In this document: positions 13,919-28,500 of the stretch, piece after piece
Position numbering within the stretch: position 1 is the stretch's first letter
Layout of the letters: every line of letters begins with the position of its first letter
DNA from: Octopus vulgaris
Lineage: Eukaryota
Direction: 5' to 3'
NCBI GenBank assembly: GCA_951406725.2
Contig: OX597822.1
Span: forward strand, 54,250,001 to 54,314,000
Length of the DNA: 64,000 nucleotides
Position numbers and translations under genes: made by a program
The notes under the pieces: generated by a model
The model's database searches: none
Seen by the model: the letters and a program-made list of their open reading frames with translations, nothing else
What the model was told of the DNA's origin: nothing

Positions 13919-16900
13919 TATTATTTATTATTATTATTATTATTATTATTTTTATTATTTATTATTATTATTATTTATTATTATTGTTATTGTTGTTGTT
14001 GTTGCAAGCTGGCAGAATTGTTAGCATACCAGGCAAAATACTTTGCAGCATTTCATCCATCTTTACATTCTGAGTTCAAGTTCCACCAGGAGGATGCCAA
14101 GAAGCAGACCAATCCAGAAGAGAAGGATTTGGAAGCTAAACAGCCCTTCACATGGTCAGAGATTTAGGGACATTCTCATCAAGAAGTTTGGTGAGAGGGA
14201 GGAGGAACTACAGTACTTGGACATAGAAGGTAGCTGGAAATTCTTGCGGGACAGCTTACTGAGTGCCACAGACCAAGTCTGCGGATGGTGCTAAGTCCCT
14301 TCCAGACTTAAGTAACTGCCTCAACACCCAGTCATAATGTTGTAAGAGCTGGGTCAGGCAGGCAGCTCCTACCTGATCGAAAGCCATGCTGGGTATCACT
14401 CATCAAATTATTTTCTTCAAGGAATGTGATTAGTTTCCCTCTGACTATTTATTCCATGACTTTGCTGATGTGTGAAGTCAGAGAGATAGGCCTGTAAGTT
14501 TTGGCATCTGCTCTGCTTCCCCCTTTATGGATTGGGCATATTATTCCCTTATTCAGCTTGCCTGGCAGTCTGCCATTTGCAAGAAAGCTCTGGAAGAGAA
14601 TCTGGAGGGGTTTTGCCAGGGCATGCTTACACAATTTGAGGAGGATTGTTGGGAAACCATCAGGACCAGCAGTTGAGTTTGCATCCACCTCGTCTATGGC
14701 TAGTAGTATATCTTCTTCACTAATGTCGATGTATTCCATCATAACTGCCTCACTGGTTTTAGGTGATGTGGCAAAGAAGTCCACTGGTTCATTCACTTAT
14801 CTGTGTTCCAACATGGTGGTATAGACACTTTTGAACTGGTCATTCAGTACCTCTCTGATCCTGGTTGGACTATCTATGAGGGAGCTATCCTTTTGGAAGA
14901 GGGGTCCTATCTTGCAGCGTACTGATGCTGTTTGACTTAATGTTTTTTATAACCCAGGCTTCTTTGTCTGCTCTTTCCCTCACATAGGATTGTTGCAGGC
15001 TTTTTTCAATCTTCATCAGTATTGTCTTTAGGCGGGACCTTTCGCTACTTTTGGGATGTTGGTTGAGGCGATTTGCAACCTTCGTCTCATAAGGATCTTC
15101 CTCTCCCTTGGAATCTTGTTCCTTTTTGTTGTGGCCTTGTGCTCTGGAACATATTTCTGGCATATGGCTTGCACAGCAGACATGAATTATTCTAGTTTCA
15201 TGCCAATGTCTGGTGTGGAGAAACATTTATGTCTTACATGTATATGTATAGGCCAAGAGATTTTATACGCATGCATGAATACATACATATATGTATATGT
15301 GTGTATTTATCTATATATTTATGTCTAATATATGTATGTCTAAATATGTATATAACTATGTAATATAATATATATATATATGTAATATAATATATATACT
15401 TAATATATGTAATATAATATGTATACTTAATATATGTAATATAATATGTATACTTAATATATGTAATATAATATGTATACTTAATATATGTAATATAATA
15501 TGTATACATAATATATATAATATAATATGTATACATAATATATATAATATAATATGTATATATATACATATTATAATATAATATGTATACATAATATATA
15601 TAATATAATATGTATATATATATATATATAATATACAAAGCGACAGTTATAATTCTATGATTTGTAATATGTCTCTCACAGAGCCTGTAGAAAGATACAC
15701 CAGATCCAAAAACACAATTCCTTCAGTCGCTCCGTTCTTCTGATCGATGACAATCATAGCTACAATTCTCATTGGTTGTCATGGATACATCCCAAGTTAT
15801 TACATCAGGGACAGAAAAAGTAAGTTTGATTTCTTTTTAAATATTCTGTTCTGCTAGTTAAATGTATTCACACTGCTTTGATTTAATCATGCATTACATT
15901 GTAGCTTTGAGATTTCAAAGATGTGATCATTTATTTTATAGAATAACATTGTGGGGTAGGTGTGAAGGGCTGGAATGGCCAGTTTGAACGTAAAACAAGT
16001 AGAAAATTTGGTCTGGATTTGGCTGGTTTAAATGCTAAAGGGTTAAGACATGAGAGATCTAATCTGTTAGCTTTTGCCGAACCGCTAAGTTACGGGGGAC
16101 GTAAACACACCAGCATCAGTTGTCAAGCGATGTTGGGGGGACAAACACAGACACACAAACATACACACACACATACATATACATACACATATATACGATG
16201 GGCTTCTTTCAGTTTCCACCTACCAAATCCACTCACAAGGCTTTGGTTGGCCCGAGGCTGTATTAGAAGACACTTGCCCAAGGTGCCATGCAGTGGGACT
16301 GAACCCGGAACCATGTAGTTCGAAAGCAAGCTACTTACCACAAATCCGCTCCTATGCCTTTATGTTCTGAGTTAAAATCTTGTCATAGTCAACTTTGCCT
16401 GTCATCCTTTCAAAACTCAAAATAATGTGTGGTATAGGCAGATGATGATGAGGTGATGTATATCTTTTACTTGTTACTGTCATTTGAAGGGTTTCAGTCA
16501 AATTAATGGACCCTAGGACCTATTTCTTCTAAAGCTTAGTACTTATTCTATTGGTTTCTTTTGCCAAACAGCTAAGTTGTCGAGTGTTGATGGGCAACAG
16601 ACACAAATACATTCATATAGATATATATGCAACAGGCTTCTTTCAGTTTTCATTTATGAAATCCACTCACAAAGCTTTGGTCAGCTTGAGGCTCTAGTAG
16701 AAGACACTTGCCCAAGCTGCTGTGCAGTGGGACTGAACCTAGAACAATGTGGTTGGGAAGCAAACTTTTTGCCACACCTGTATCTATATAATGTATATCT
16801 GTATAATGTTATGCCTTAGTCTTCATGTGAAATATTCCATCTGGGTGGATAATTATTTATGTAAATCTGCACTATAGAACTTATTTAAAATTTGATATAA

Positions 16901-19456
16901 CAAGTAACTTAGGTCAATAAGTGTGAATCTCTTATCTGTCTCAACAACAATGTGCTTTGCTTGAAACATTAACATCTTCTTCCCTCCAAGGCATACAAAT
17001 TTATGACCTTTAACCCTTTCGTTACTGTATTAATTTTAAGATGCTCTGTGTTTCTCTCAATTATTTTAGATATAACAAAGAATTTAGTAAAATAACTAAG
17101 TTATCATTAAGCTAGTGTTAGGAACATTAGGTGGAAGATTTTAATACAAAATTTATGAAAATAAGGCATTTGTACTACAGAGCCAGAGCTGGTTTCAGCT
17201 GGGTTGGTAACGAAAGGGTTAAATAATTTTTGCAAATGTAAAACACTTTTTATTTGTTCAGATCTCTGGTTTTATTCATCAATTAATATATATTTTTTTT
17301 CCTTCCTTAGCTATGGTGATCTTCAGACAACTGTAGCTTTGTACATTCATACCAAACTCCTTGTATGCCAACCATACCCAGTATGGTCTCTTGTTATTCA
17401 GGTAATTTCAAAACTCTTGTTTCCTTTTTTAAAATTCTGCCATCTTTAAAGGCCGTAAATGTGCAGAATAACCTATCATTTTTTTTTTTACCTTTTCACA
17501 GGCTCTCGTCATGAAGAACTTCACTTTACCGATTTTATTCTTGACCCAAAGTCTAGCACAAGCTGATGTTGGTTGTGTGTTGAAAGTAGAAGACAGGTCT
17601 TCTACACCAGTATTAGAAAATGAACTGGCTGTTAAACAGCTCTTCAAGTCAATCTGTACAGTATTGTTAAATATGTCTTTGTACTTTCCTGAAGCATTAG
17701 GGAGAGTACTCCTACCTGTTATTGATCGGTATGTATTTACTCTAAGTATTTTACCATTTGTGTTTTTGCTCTAGTATAGCATCAACACATTCTCGTACCC
17801 TTATTGCACTACCTACCCTCACACCTCTAGGATACCCTCTAGTTTTTCTTTCCCTTGCAGCACCCACCCACTGTTTCTTTCTACCACTTTCCTGTCCATC
17901 CTCAACCTCTGCTTTCTCATCTGCAATGCTTTTGTGGCATTCACATTACTCTTCATGTTTTTTCTACCTCTACGGTACTCTCCAATACCTATTTCTTTAC
18001 TACCCACAAGGGGCTGAACACAGAGAGGACAAACAAGGACAGACAAACGGATTAAGTCGATTACATCGACCCCAGTGCATCACTGGTACTTAATTCGTCG
18101 ACCCCGAAAGGATGAAAGGCAAAGTCATCCTCGGTGGAATTTGAACTCAGAACGCAGCGGCGGACGAAATACCACCAAGCATTTCGCCCGGTGTGCTAAC
18201 ATTTCTGCCAGCTCGCCGCCTTCCAATACCGTCTTCTTGCCTCTCTCCCTCTGCCACCTCAACACCCCTTCTTGTCTTACCCCTTTTTACCTACACTTCC
18301 CACACTTCCCATCTCTTTTTGCTTCAATGGCTCTCCCAGAATTTCTCTCCATTTAGATATATTTTATTCAGAAGATATGCAATTTCATTTGTGAAGTTTT
18401 CCATCCTTCATTTTCAAAGATGACCATGACTCCACTTCTTATATACTGCAACAATGGAGGAGTATGCAATCATGATCATGAACAGTGATTCAAGATGGCT
18501 TCCACCTATGCTACACCTTTGTGATGAAAATTCTACAGCAGTGCTGTACTTGAATTACAATGAAGGAGGACTGAACTGGATGATTGTTTTTACACTCTTG
18601 TCCCTGACTAGTAGTTCAATGACAGAGGAAACTGAGATGATATACCAGAGATACAGTTGGATGACTAGGGTGATCTATATATTGCACCATACTTTAAAGT
18701 ATATATATCCCATTGTTACATTGCTGGATACTGACTTTCTGTCTATTAAAACTACCACACACACATGCCCACACATTTATATGCATACCAGCAATGAGTG
18801 CATATATACATATATGCAAGGGGAATTTAAACATTATATATATGTGTGTGTGTGGAGGCGCAATGGCCCGGTGGTTAGGGCAGCGGACTTGCGGTTGTAG
18901 GATCATGGTTTCGATTCTCAGACTGGGCGTTGTGAGTGTTTATTGAGTGAAAACACCTAAAAAGCTCCATGAGGCTCTGGCCGTAGGTGGTGGTGGTGGC
19001 GATCCCTGCTGTACTCTTTCGCCACAACTTTCATTCTTTCTTTCTTCTATTGGCCTGCTCGCTTAGCCAGCGGGGTGGCATCATTTGAAGGCTAAAACAA
19101 TGTGAAGCGCATTGTGACCAGCGATGTGTAACAACATCTGATAGCCTGGTCGGTCACGTGATCTCGTGAGATATATTTATATATATATATATATGCAGTT
19201 AAGTATATATCCTGTCAGTCTGCTTTGTCACTGATCTACTAGTTAGGGACAAGATTGTGAAAATGGTTAGCCAATTCAGCCCTTTTTCATTATAATTCAA
19301 GTACAGCACTTCTATAATATTTTCATAGTAGAGGTGTAGTATAGGTGAAAGCTATTTTTAATCACTGTATGACCGGATATAGACTTAACTGCATATAAAT
19401 GCATTACTACTCTAAGCTTTAGAGTGTGCTTCTCTTTTGGATATATGACATACTGA

Positions 19457-19548
<92 letters not shown>

Positions 19549-20831
19549 CGGGTGAATGGACAAACGAAAGAAGGGCACTGTGCCAATTTATTGGGAGTTA
19601 CATGTATAGATCAAAAAGGTTTGATTCAAATTCGTTGGTACTCTTGAGTTTCAAGCTTGAAACTCAAGAGTACCAATGAATTTGAATCAAACTGTTTTGA
19701 TCCATATATATATATATATATATATATATAAAGGTTGGGTGTCTTTCAGTTTCCAGTTATTTAATCCACTCACAAGCCTCTGTAAATGTTTATACATTAA
19801 CAATTCTCTGTATTTATTTATTTCAGTTTTGATCAGTGGAATATATTCGACCAACTAGGTGCTTGTAAATATGCCAATCCTACAGTAAGTATACATTAGT
19901 GTATGTTTGTTAACTACAAGATCAACTTGTCATATTTTACTGTTTCTAAAGATAGGGCTTTGTACTCACCATAATCATAAGATGATGCTTTGGTGCTTCA
20001 GGGAAGTTGGAGTGGGTTTCAACTTGATGGTTGTTGGCTCCTGTCTTGAGGGTGATGTGATGGTCTCAGCCTTCTCCAGAACTACAACTGGCGGTTCTTT
20101 GGAAACAACAAATCCTTTGTTTTGTTGTTATTGCTGTATATAACATATATAAATCATATATATAAGCGCTTGCATCCACTCTAGTGGATTCTTCAGATTG
20201 AATTTTTTCATGAGATTTGTCTCTTTTTATAGTATTATTGAGTGTGTAGGGGTGGAGAGAGATATAGGATAGTAAAACAGAGTGAGGAATGGGGAGAAAA
20301 ATACTAGAACAAAAATACCCACTCAAATTAATAAAAAACGGAATCATATATTAGCAAGTGCTAATATATGATTTATATATGTTATTGCTGACTCTGTTGC
20401 TACTACCATTCTCTCTCTCTCTGTCATGCTTTTCCATCTCCTATGGACAGGAAGCTCTCTATCGGCCCTTACTACTACTCTTCTAGCAGTTTGGACTTTT
20501 TCTTTTGTACCACATTGGGTGCACAGCTCAGAAATGTATGTGTAGTCTTTATAACTTGTCTGTCCATACAGTTCTCTCCCAACCACACACCATTTCTGCT
20601 TAGTTTTACATTCACCACTTGCTTATATTGCGACACAAAAGTGTCGAAGATCCAAGAGCCAGTGTCTTTTAAGTATTGTATTTTGCTGACCCATATATTG
20701 TGGCACTTACTTGAGAGCAGGCGTGTGGTACATCAACTTGGTTTGTTACCTTGTCCTGCTCTCAGTTGCATAGACCAAGCATGTGCATGTGCATGCTCGA
20801 ACACACACACACACACTCACAGACACACACA

Positions 20832-20874
<43 letters not shown>

Positions 20875-22331
20875 GATCAATGAATAGATCAGCCAGAGCC
20901 TCCTGCAACTGTTTTATTGGGAGTATGTAAAAGTCTTCCTTGTCTTAGTTCTTCCATCACAGTTGAACTATATTTTGGGCAGCATGACATCTCCAGTAAT
21001 CCTGATCTTAAGCATAGTCACCTGCAACTTCCCAGGTGATGCTAAGTTGCTTCAGATCTTTTTTGAAGGTGGCATGTTATATCTGTTTCTTTATTGCCCA
21101 CAAGGGGCTAAACATAGAGGGGACAAACAAGGACAGACAAACGGATTAAGTCGATTACATCGACCCCAGTGCGTAACTGGTACTTAATTTATCGACCCCG
21201 AAAGGATGAAAGGCAAAGTTGACCTCGGCGGAATTTGAACTCAGAACACAACGACAGATGCAATACCGCTAAGCATTTCGCCCGGCGTGCTAACATTTCT
21301 GCCAGCTCGCCACCTTTAATATGTTATATTATGTGGCATGTTATATCTTCTGGGGCTTCCCTCTCTTTCTTCATCCCTCTTGTGGTACCAGTTGTCGAGC
21401 TATCTTGGGTATTTGTTCTTCTAGCAGCCAGGAAACATTGACCTGCAACTCTCTCTCTTCTTTCTGTCACAATCTCTTGCAAGCTGCACAGATTGGCTCT
21501 TCTCAGGACTTCAGAGTTTGTGACTCTGTCCCTGTAGGTGACCTTGAGTATTCTGTGTACACACCTTTGGTTGAACGCATTCAAACTCTGAGTGATCTTG
21601 ACAGTCATTTTCCAAGCTTTACTTTCACAAACTGCTGTTAATAAGATATAGCTTTGGTACAGCAGGATCTTCATCATCATCATCATAATTGTTTGACATC
21701 CATTTTCCATGCTGGCATGGGTTGTATGGTTTGATAGGAGCTGGCCAGGCTTAACGGATGAAATACTGTTAAGCATTTTTCCTGATGTACAAATGATTCT
21801 GCCAACTTCCTGCCTTAATAACAATCCTTTCTACTATAGGCACAAGGCCTGAAATTTTGGGGGCAGGGACTAGTTGATTACATTGTCCTCATTGTTTCAT
21901 TTGTACTTAATTTATCAACCCCAAAAGAATGAAAAGCAAAGTTGACTTTGGCAGAATTTGAACTTAGAATGTAGCAACAGGCTACATACTGCTAAGCTTT
22001 ATGTCCAGTGTGCTAACAAGTCTGCCAGATCACCATCTTAGTAATAATAATGATAACGGTTTCAAAATTTGACACAAGGGCAGCCATTTTGGGGGAAGGG
22101 GATAGTCAATTACATTGACCCCAGTGTTTCACTTGTACTTAATTTATCAATCCCAAAAGATGAAAGGCAACGTTGACCTTGGCAGAATTTGAACTCAGAA
22201 CATAGCGACGGGTGAAATACTGCTAAGCATTTCATCCAGTGTGCTAACGATTCTGCCAGCTCACTGCCTTAATAATAGTAATAATAATAATAATGATGAT
22301 AATAATAATAATAATGATAATAATAATGATG

Positions 22332-22366
<35 letters not shown>

Positions 22367-25012
22367 TCTTCTTTTGTGTAGATTCCTGTTTGGTTGGACA
22401 CTATAATCTTCCTGCTTAAGCCTTTCATATTGAGGTAAGTTTGTACTTTCGAACATCTTAAGCATATGACAATTTTTGTGTTTGTCTTATTGTTTTTTAT
22501 TCATTTAACATCTCTTGAGTGTCTTTGAGAATTTAAATATATATGTATTTTAGAGAATGTCATTTAAATTGGTATGTTCTTATTTTCAGTCTTCGTGAAA
22601 CTATGTTGCCTATTTTCTTTACCGCTATCTCTACAAGTAGAGATTTTTTTCTCTCATATATGCAAAAATAGAAGTTTTAGCATGCAGCTGTTGTTGTTGT
22701 TGTTTAGCCCCAAGACAAACCTGAATGAGCATGCATTGTGCTGAAAGTAACTTCAGCCATAATTATTCATTTTGTTTTTCTGACTATAATATTCAATGTG
22801 TCTATTTCTAAGACAGCTAGCTGTGATTGGGGTTGATTTGGTTGCTGTTTCTAGCAAGTCTAGTCATAAAGTAGAGGCTCACTTATTGGCTTTTGTTAGC
22901 TCTTTTGATACCAATCTGCTGTAGACTGTCCCTGGTTCTATGTATGATATAGACATTGTATTTTAAAGTGATCTAAATTAAGACCCTCGTATTAACTTAC
23001 AGTCCAAACACCAGCTTAATAATGGGAAGGTTATTTTACTAAGTTGTTCATTATCTTAAACATTAACTGGAACAAAGGCAGTATATTTCAATTGAAATAT
23101 AGTAACAAATGGGTTAAAGTGATCTAAATTAAGCCTTTCCTTCAAAATTTCATGTTAATTTATATTCCAAATGCTAGCTTAACAATGACAAAACTGTTGG
23201 TTCCAACAAGCATTTGTAAAATAGGTGCCAGTGCCACTTAGCATCTGTCCTGCTGCTGTGTTAGTGCACCATGTCAAAGCCATCCAACCCATGCCAACAT
23301 GGAAAGTGGATGTTAAACAATGATGATAATGATGGTGTTATTAGCTATTGAGTGCTTTGCAGGGGAAGTCTAGTCTTTGTGATTAAGTCCTTGTTATGTT
23401 GAAGATGTGTGTACACATGAGGTGATTGTCAGCGATTCTTGTGAGATCTAGTTAAATCACATTTAGGTAGGTGGGGTGCAATATTGTTTTGTTGATGAGA
23501 GAAAAGTTAGGCATAAGAGGAATTAGATGCAGTGTGCTGGTCTGGTCATGAAATGTGGAGGATGTTTACAGCTCCATAAAGAAGGTCCACTCTCTCAAAG
23601 TGGACAAAACACATGGAAGAGGAAGATATGAGATGGAGTGCTGAAGGATGACCTCTGGACTGAACCTTGCAGAGGAGTTGACAAACAAAAGAGATATCTA
23701 GTACTTTGCTGTATTCAAGAAGGCCCGTCCTCCACCGCAGAAGTGTTAATGCTGCTCCCCCTCATGTAGAGGATTGGCCTGCAAAAGCCCTGTGCTGGTG
23801 CCATGTAAAAAGCACCACCCAGCACACATTGTAAGGTAGTTGGCATTAGGAAGGGCATCCAGCCATAGAAACCAAGCCAAATCAGACTGGACCCTGTTGC
23901 AACTCTCCAGCTTTCCAGCTCTGGTCAAATTGTCCAGCCCATGCCAGCATGGAAAATGGTCGTTAAAGGATGACGTAATATTGTGCCTTTGTGTTATTTA
24001 AGCTAAGGTAGGCAGTTTTATTTGAAGATTTACATGCCAAACACAGTCAAATGATTATGATCAAGTACAACAAGACTGTTTTCACCAAATTACTCAAGAG
24101 CAAGGGTCCACTGGTGTATGACATTGGGGAGAAGGTCTGCAGTAAATTTGGCTTTATGAAAGTTGTGGTCTTTAAGATATGAAAAAGATTCAAAATATTG
24201 GAGAAGATTGTGGTTAATGGCTGATTTTGAGATGTTGAGGTGTGAATTATAGAATAATGGTTGGCAGGCTCAGAGAGGTGCAACCCTTTGAAATGGGATA
24301 CACAGTAGCATGTTTCCAAAGATCAAAAGATGGATTGAAGAGTTAGGTGAGGAAAGGGGCTAGTAGTGAGGATGCATTGTTTGGTAATGGGAAGGACACG
24401 ACCAGGTCCTGTGGCCCTGTTGGTTAAAGTCATCCTAGATGCTTGCGCATTTTGTGTAAATATGATGATGACACAGGTGGAGAGGAGAGGGTTAGTTCTG
24501 AGAAAAAGATTTACTTAGTGTTTGCAGTGCTGAGTTAAATACAAAATGGACAACAAACGTAACAGTTTTCTTGTTGAGAGTATTACTTAGAGAATTATTA
24601 AGGCTGAGAAGTGTGATGAAAACAGTTGGACAAAGTTGTTGGCAGAGATGCTTTGACAATGGATAAAAAACAAAAAAAACAAAGGCTGCAATTTGGTGAG
24701 ATAGATTATTGGTTATATGATGCACAGAGGCATCCTCTGTGTTTTGAATGACAGTCTTCAAAGACTGTTCATTATGTGAAGATTTCTAAATCCACTTAAT
24801 TCTTTCTATCTGTTGTTCCACTAATAAGACTGTGACATTGCTGGGATACCACCTTGAAGAATTTTAGTTGAGCTAATCAACCCCAGTACTTATTACTTTT
24901 TTTTTTTTGGTAAGCCTGCTACTTATTCTGTCTCTTTTGCCAAACTGCTAAGTTACTGGGAATGTAAACAGTCCCATATTGGTTGTCAAACAGTGGTGGG
25001 AGTACGAACATA

Positions 25013-25084
<72 letters not shown>

Positions 25085-25546
25085 CAACAATTGGAGGGCA
25101 TTGAAATTATAATTAATCTCCCTCTAATTAATGCTTCAGATTTTACCGAAATAAGCATAGCGTTTGATGATTTTAACCCACGCTGGTGGAAAGGGGAGAA
25201 CAGAAATTCTTCACTTGCTTATTTGGGTTTGTTGGCACTGTTAGTTACGAGCGGATCTTCGAAAGGGTATGTTCTTACTTTCAGTGTTTCCAAATCCAAA
25301 CCAAGGAGTTTCTGAGCTGAAGATAGAAGTGTTGTTTTGACTAATCTTGAAACGTACGTTCTCAAATAACCTTAGCATTTGATTTTTTGATGTCCTTACC
25401 CCCAAACTTTTGTGAGTTGAATCAAGCAAACACTATATATGAGAGAGATTTTCTTTAAGTATTAGAAATAGTTTTAAAAAGTTTTTTAGCTGCTATTTCT
25501 AATGAGTTCAGTATGCGGCAAAGTAATTTATTTTACTAAGCCCTTT

Positions 25547-25588
<42 letters not shown>

Positions 25589-28500
25589 ATATGCCCAAGG
25601 TGACATGCAGTGGGACTGAACCTGGAGCCATGTGGTTGGTAAGCAAATTTCTTACCATGCAGTCATGCCTGCACCTACACAGACACACACACACATACAC
25701 ACACATGTTTTTTATTAATAATTGGCAGAAGTTACCAAGTGACTCAAGGGCTGAGAGTTTTGTGCATTGGCAGTTATCAAGCCGATTTCAAATCAAGGTA
25801 GTACACATTATATACTGGTGATATTGGAATTTTGCTGGATTACAATAGTTACAATGTCGTGGGTAATGTATACTTTTCAAATAGTTTGCACACTATGCTG
25901 TTCAATAAATAAATAAATAGATAAGGAAAATTTAAAAGATAAGTTTGCATAGGCACAGGTGTGGATGTGTGGTAAGTAGCTTGTTTACCAACCACATGGT
26001 TCCGGGTTCAATCTCACTGCATGGCACCTTGGGCAAGTGTCTTCTACTATAGCCTCGGGCTGACCAAAGCCTTGTGAGCGGATTTGGTAGACGGAAACTG
26101 GAAGAAGCCCGTCGTATATATGTGTATATATATATATGCGTGTGTGTGTTTGTGTTTGTCCCCCCTAGCATTGCTTGACAACCGATGCTGGTGTGTTTAC
26201 GTCCCCATTACTTAGCGGTTCGGCAAAAGAGACTGATAGAATAAGTACTGGGCTTACAAAAGAATAAGTCCTGGGGTTGAGTTGCTCGATTAAAAAGGCG
26301 GTGCTCCAGCATGGCTGCAGTCAAATGACTGAAACAAGTAAAAGAGTAAAGAGTAAAGAGTAAAGAGTAATACATATGCAAACGTAAATGAGAGTGCTGG
26401 TGAATGTAAATATAGTGTGTACATGAAAACACACACAGAGACATATATTCTTTTACTTGTTCTAGTCATTCAACTGCAGCCATGCTTGGGCACTACCTTG
26501 AATAAATTGGCATAAGCAAAAAAAATGTGTGAAAATATAGAAACATAGAAGGAAGAATAAACAGACATAAATGTATGTAAATATATGCATATAGACACAC
26601 ATACAAATATATATATAAATATGGCCATACATGCACACATGCACACATATATACATACTTATACATACAGGGTGCAGTGAGTAAATTGTCGTCTAATTTA
26701 TGCAAAAATTAAAATAACACTGGCATCTCATTTTAACAGACATATTTACTAAAATTGCATAAAAATATCTTGAAATACTAAAGAATATATTTATTTAATA
26801 AAATTGCCATTGGCTTCAACCATGGCCTCGGATGACTCCAGAATCTCCTGAAATTCTTCTGGACAGTCTCCTTGTTTAAGTTGGTGAATGCTGCCATAAT
26901 CCTTGCCTTCAGTTCATCTTTGATGTTACAAGGAGTTTTGTTGGTTTCTTGCTCAACTGTGTCCCATACATAATAATGAAGTGGTTTGCAGTCTGGGGAG
27001 TTAGGTGGCCAGATGTTAGGGGTGATGTGGTCGCAGAAATTGTCTGACAGCCATAACTGGGTTTTCTTGCTTGTGTGGCATGGTGCAAAGTCCTGTTGCC
27101 AGATATAGAGTCTTCCAGCAGCTACCCTCTTCACCCAGAGTAGGTAGCACTACCTCCTTCAGGCACTTGATGTAGGCCTCCGTGTTGAGTCTGAGGCCGT
27201 GTGGGAAGATGAATGGAGGCATAATGTTGCCATCACTAGTGATCACTCCAAACATTATGAAGTTGATTTTTATCACTCTTCGTACTTGTTTTGGAGACAT
27301 GGCAAGCCAGTGGTTGTTCTGTGTGTCCACCATCTGATCCTGGCAGAAATTTTTCTCTTCTGAGAAAAACCAAAGCATGTTTGGTTGGAGGGGATGCTTG
27401 AGTTTGTTCAAAAGCTTCATATTGCAGTCTCTTTTCTCTGGTCTTTGATGGCTTGAGATAAAAATTGACCCTTTCTCATCTTGTATGAGGAACACCGAAT
27501 GTACTACCTGCCTGATAAGAAACTCAGACACTCCCATGTCCCTGGCAATGGACCTGATTGACTTGGAGGGATCATGGATTGGAACCTGGTGCAGCTGTTG
27601 GCTCTCGAGACCTCAGTCAAACTGTCCACCCCATGCCAGCATGGAAAACAGGCATTAAATGATGATGATGACACTATATACCCACATGCACAGATATACA
27701 AATATCAATATAAGCATTAGACAAACAAGGGCAAAATAAGGTGAATAGTATAAAGAAAATAAAAGATGAAAAACTACAACAAAAGTATAATGAACGTCTA
27801 ATATATGGGTGCATACAAGTCTACATACATACATGCACATGTGTGTGTGTGTGTGTGTGTATACATATACAATTACATACATACAAACATAATGTTACTG
27901 ATAAATACACACAGATGTCTGTGTGTTTGTAAGCAGTTGATATAGCTGCGTCTATATTGATTTTAAGATGGACAGGATAAAATAAAGGTTGTCACAGTTG
28001 TGATGTGTAAAACAATATGTACATGCATATATGCTCACACATACACACGTGTGTGTGTATGTGTGTATATATATATATATATAAATATATATATATATAC
28101 ACACACACACATGCACATGTGTACACATATACACACACACATATGTGAACCTATATACACCTACATACTTATGTACATGCACACACATACACATGATATT
28201 ATATATTTATGCATACATATTATGTACCTATAACATGAATGTGAATTTGTGTATATGCACAAGTGTATGCAAATGAATAAATAAGTATAAATATACATCC
28301 ATACGCACATATATAATTATAAAGTGGAGGCATGTGGCTTAGTGCTTAGGGTGTTGGACTCATGATTGTAAGATTGTGGTTTCGATTCCTGGACCAGGCA
28401 GCATGTTGTGATCTTGAGCAAAATACTTCACTTCATGTTGTTCCAGTCCACCCAGCTGGCGAAAATGAGTAATCCTGCAATGGACTGGCATCACCTGGAT

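Noticed and set aside
18454-18900. 148-aa ORF
   Set aside because: It spans an inverted-repeat arm, a microsatellite and a SINE head, and does not fit the gene's splice chain.
18854-18930. tRNA-like sequence
   Set aside because: It is the head of SINE family B, continues into the SINE body, and has no convincing acceptor stem.
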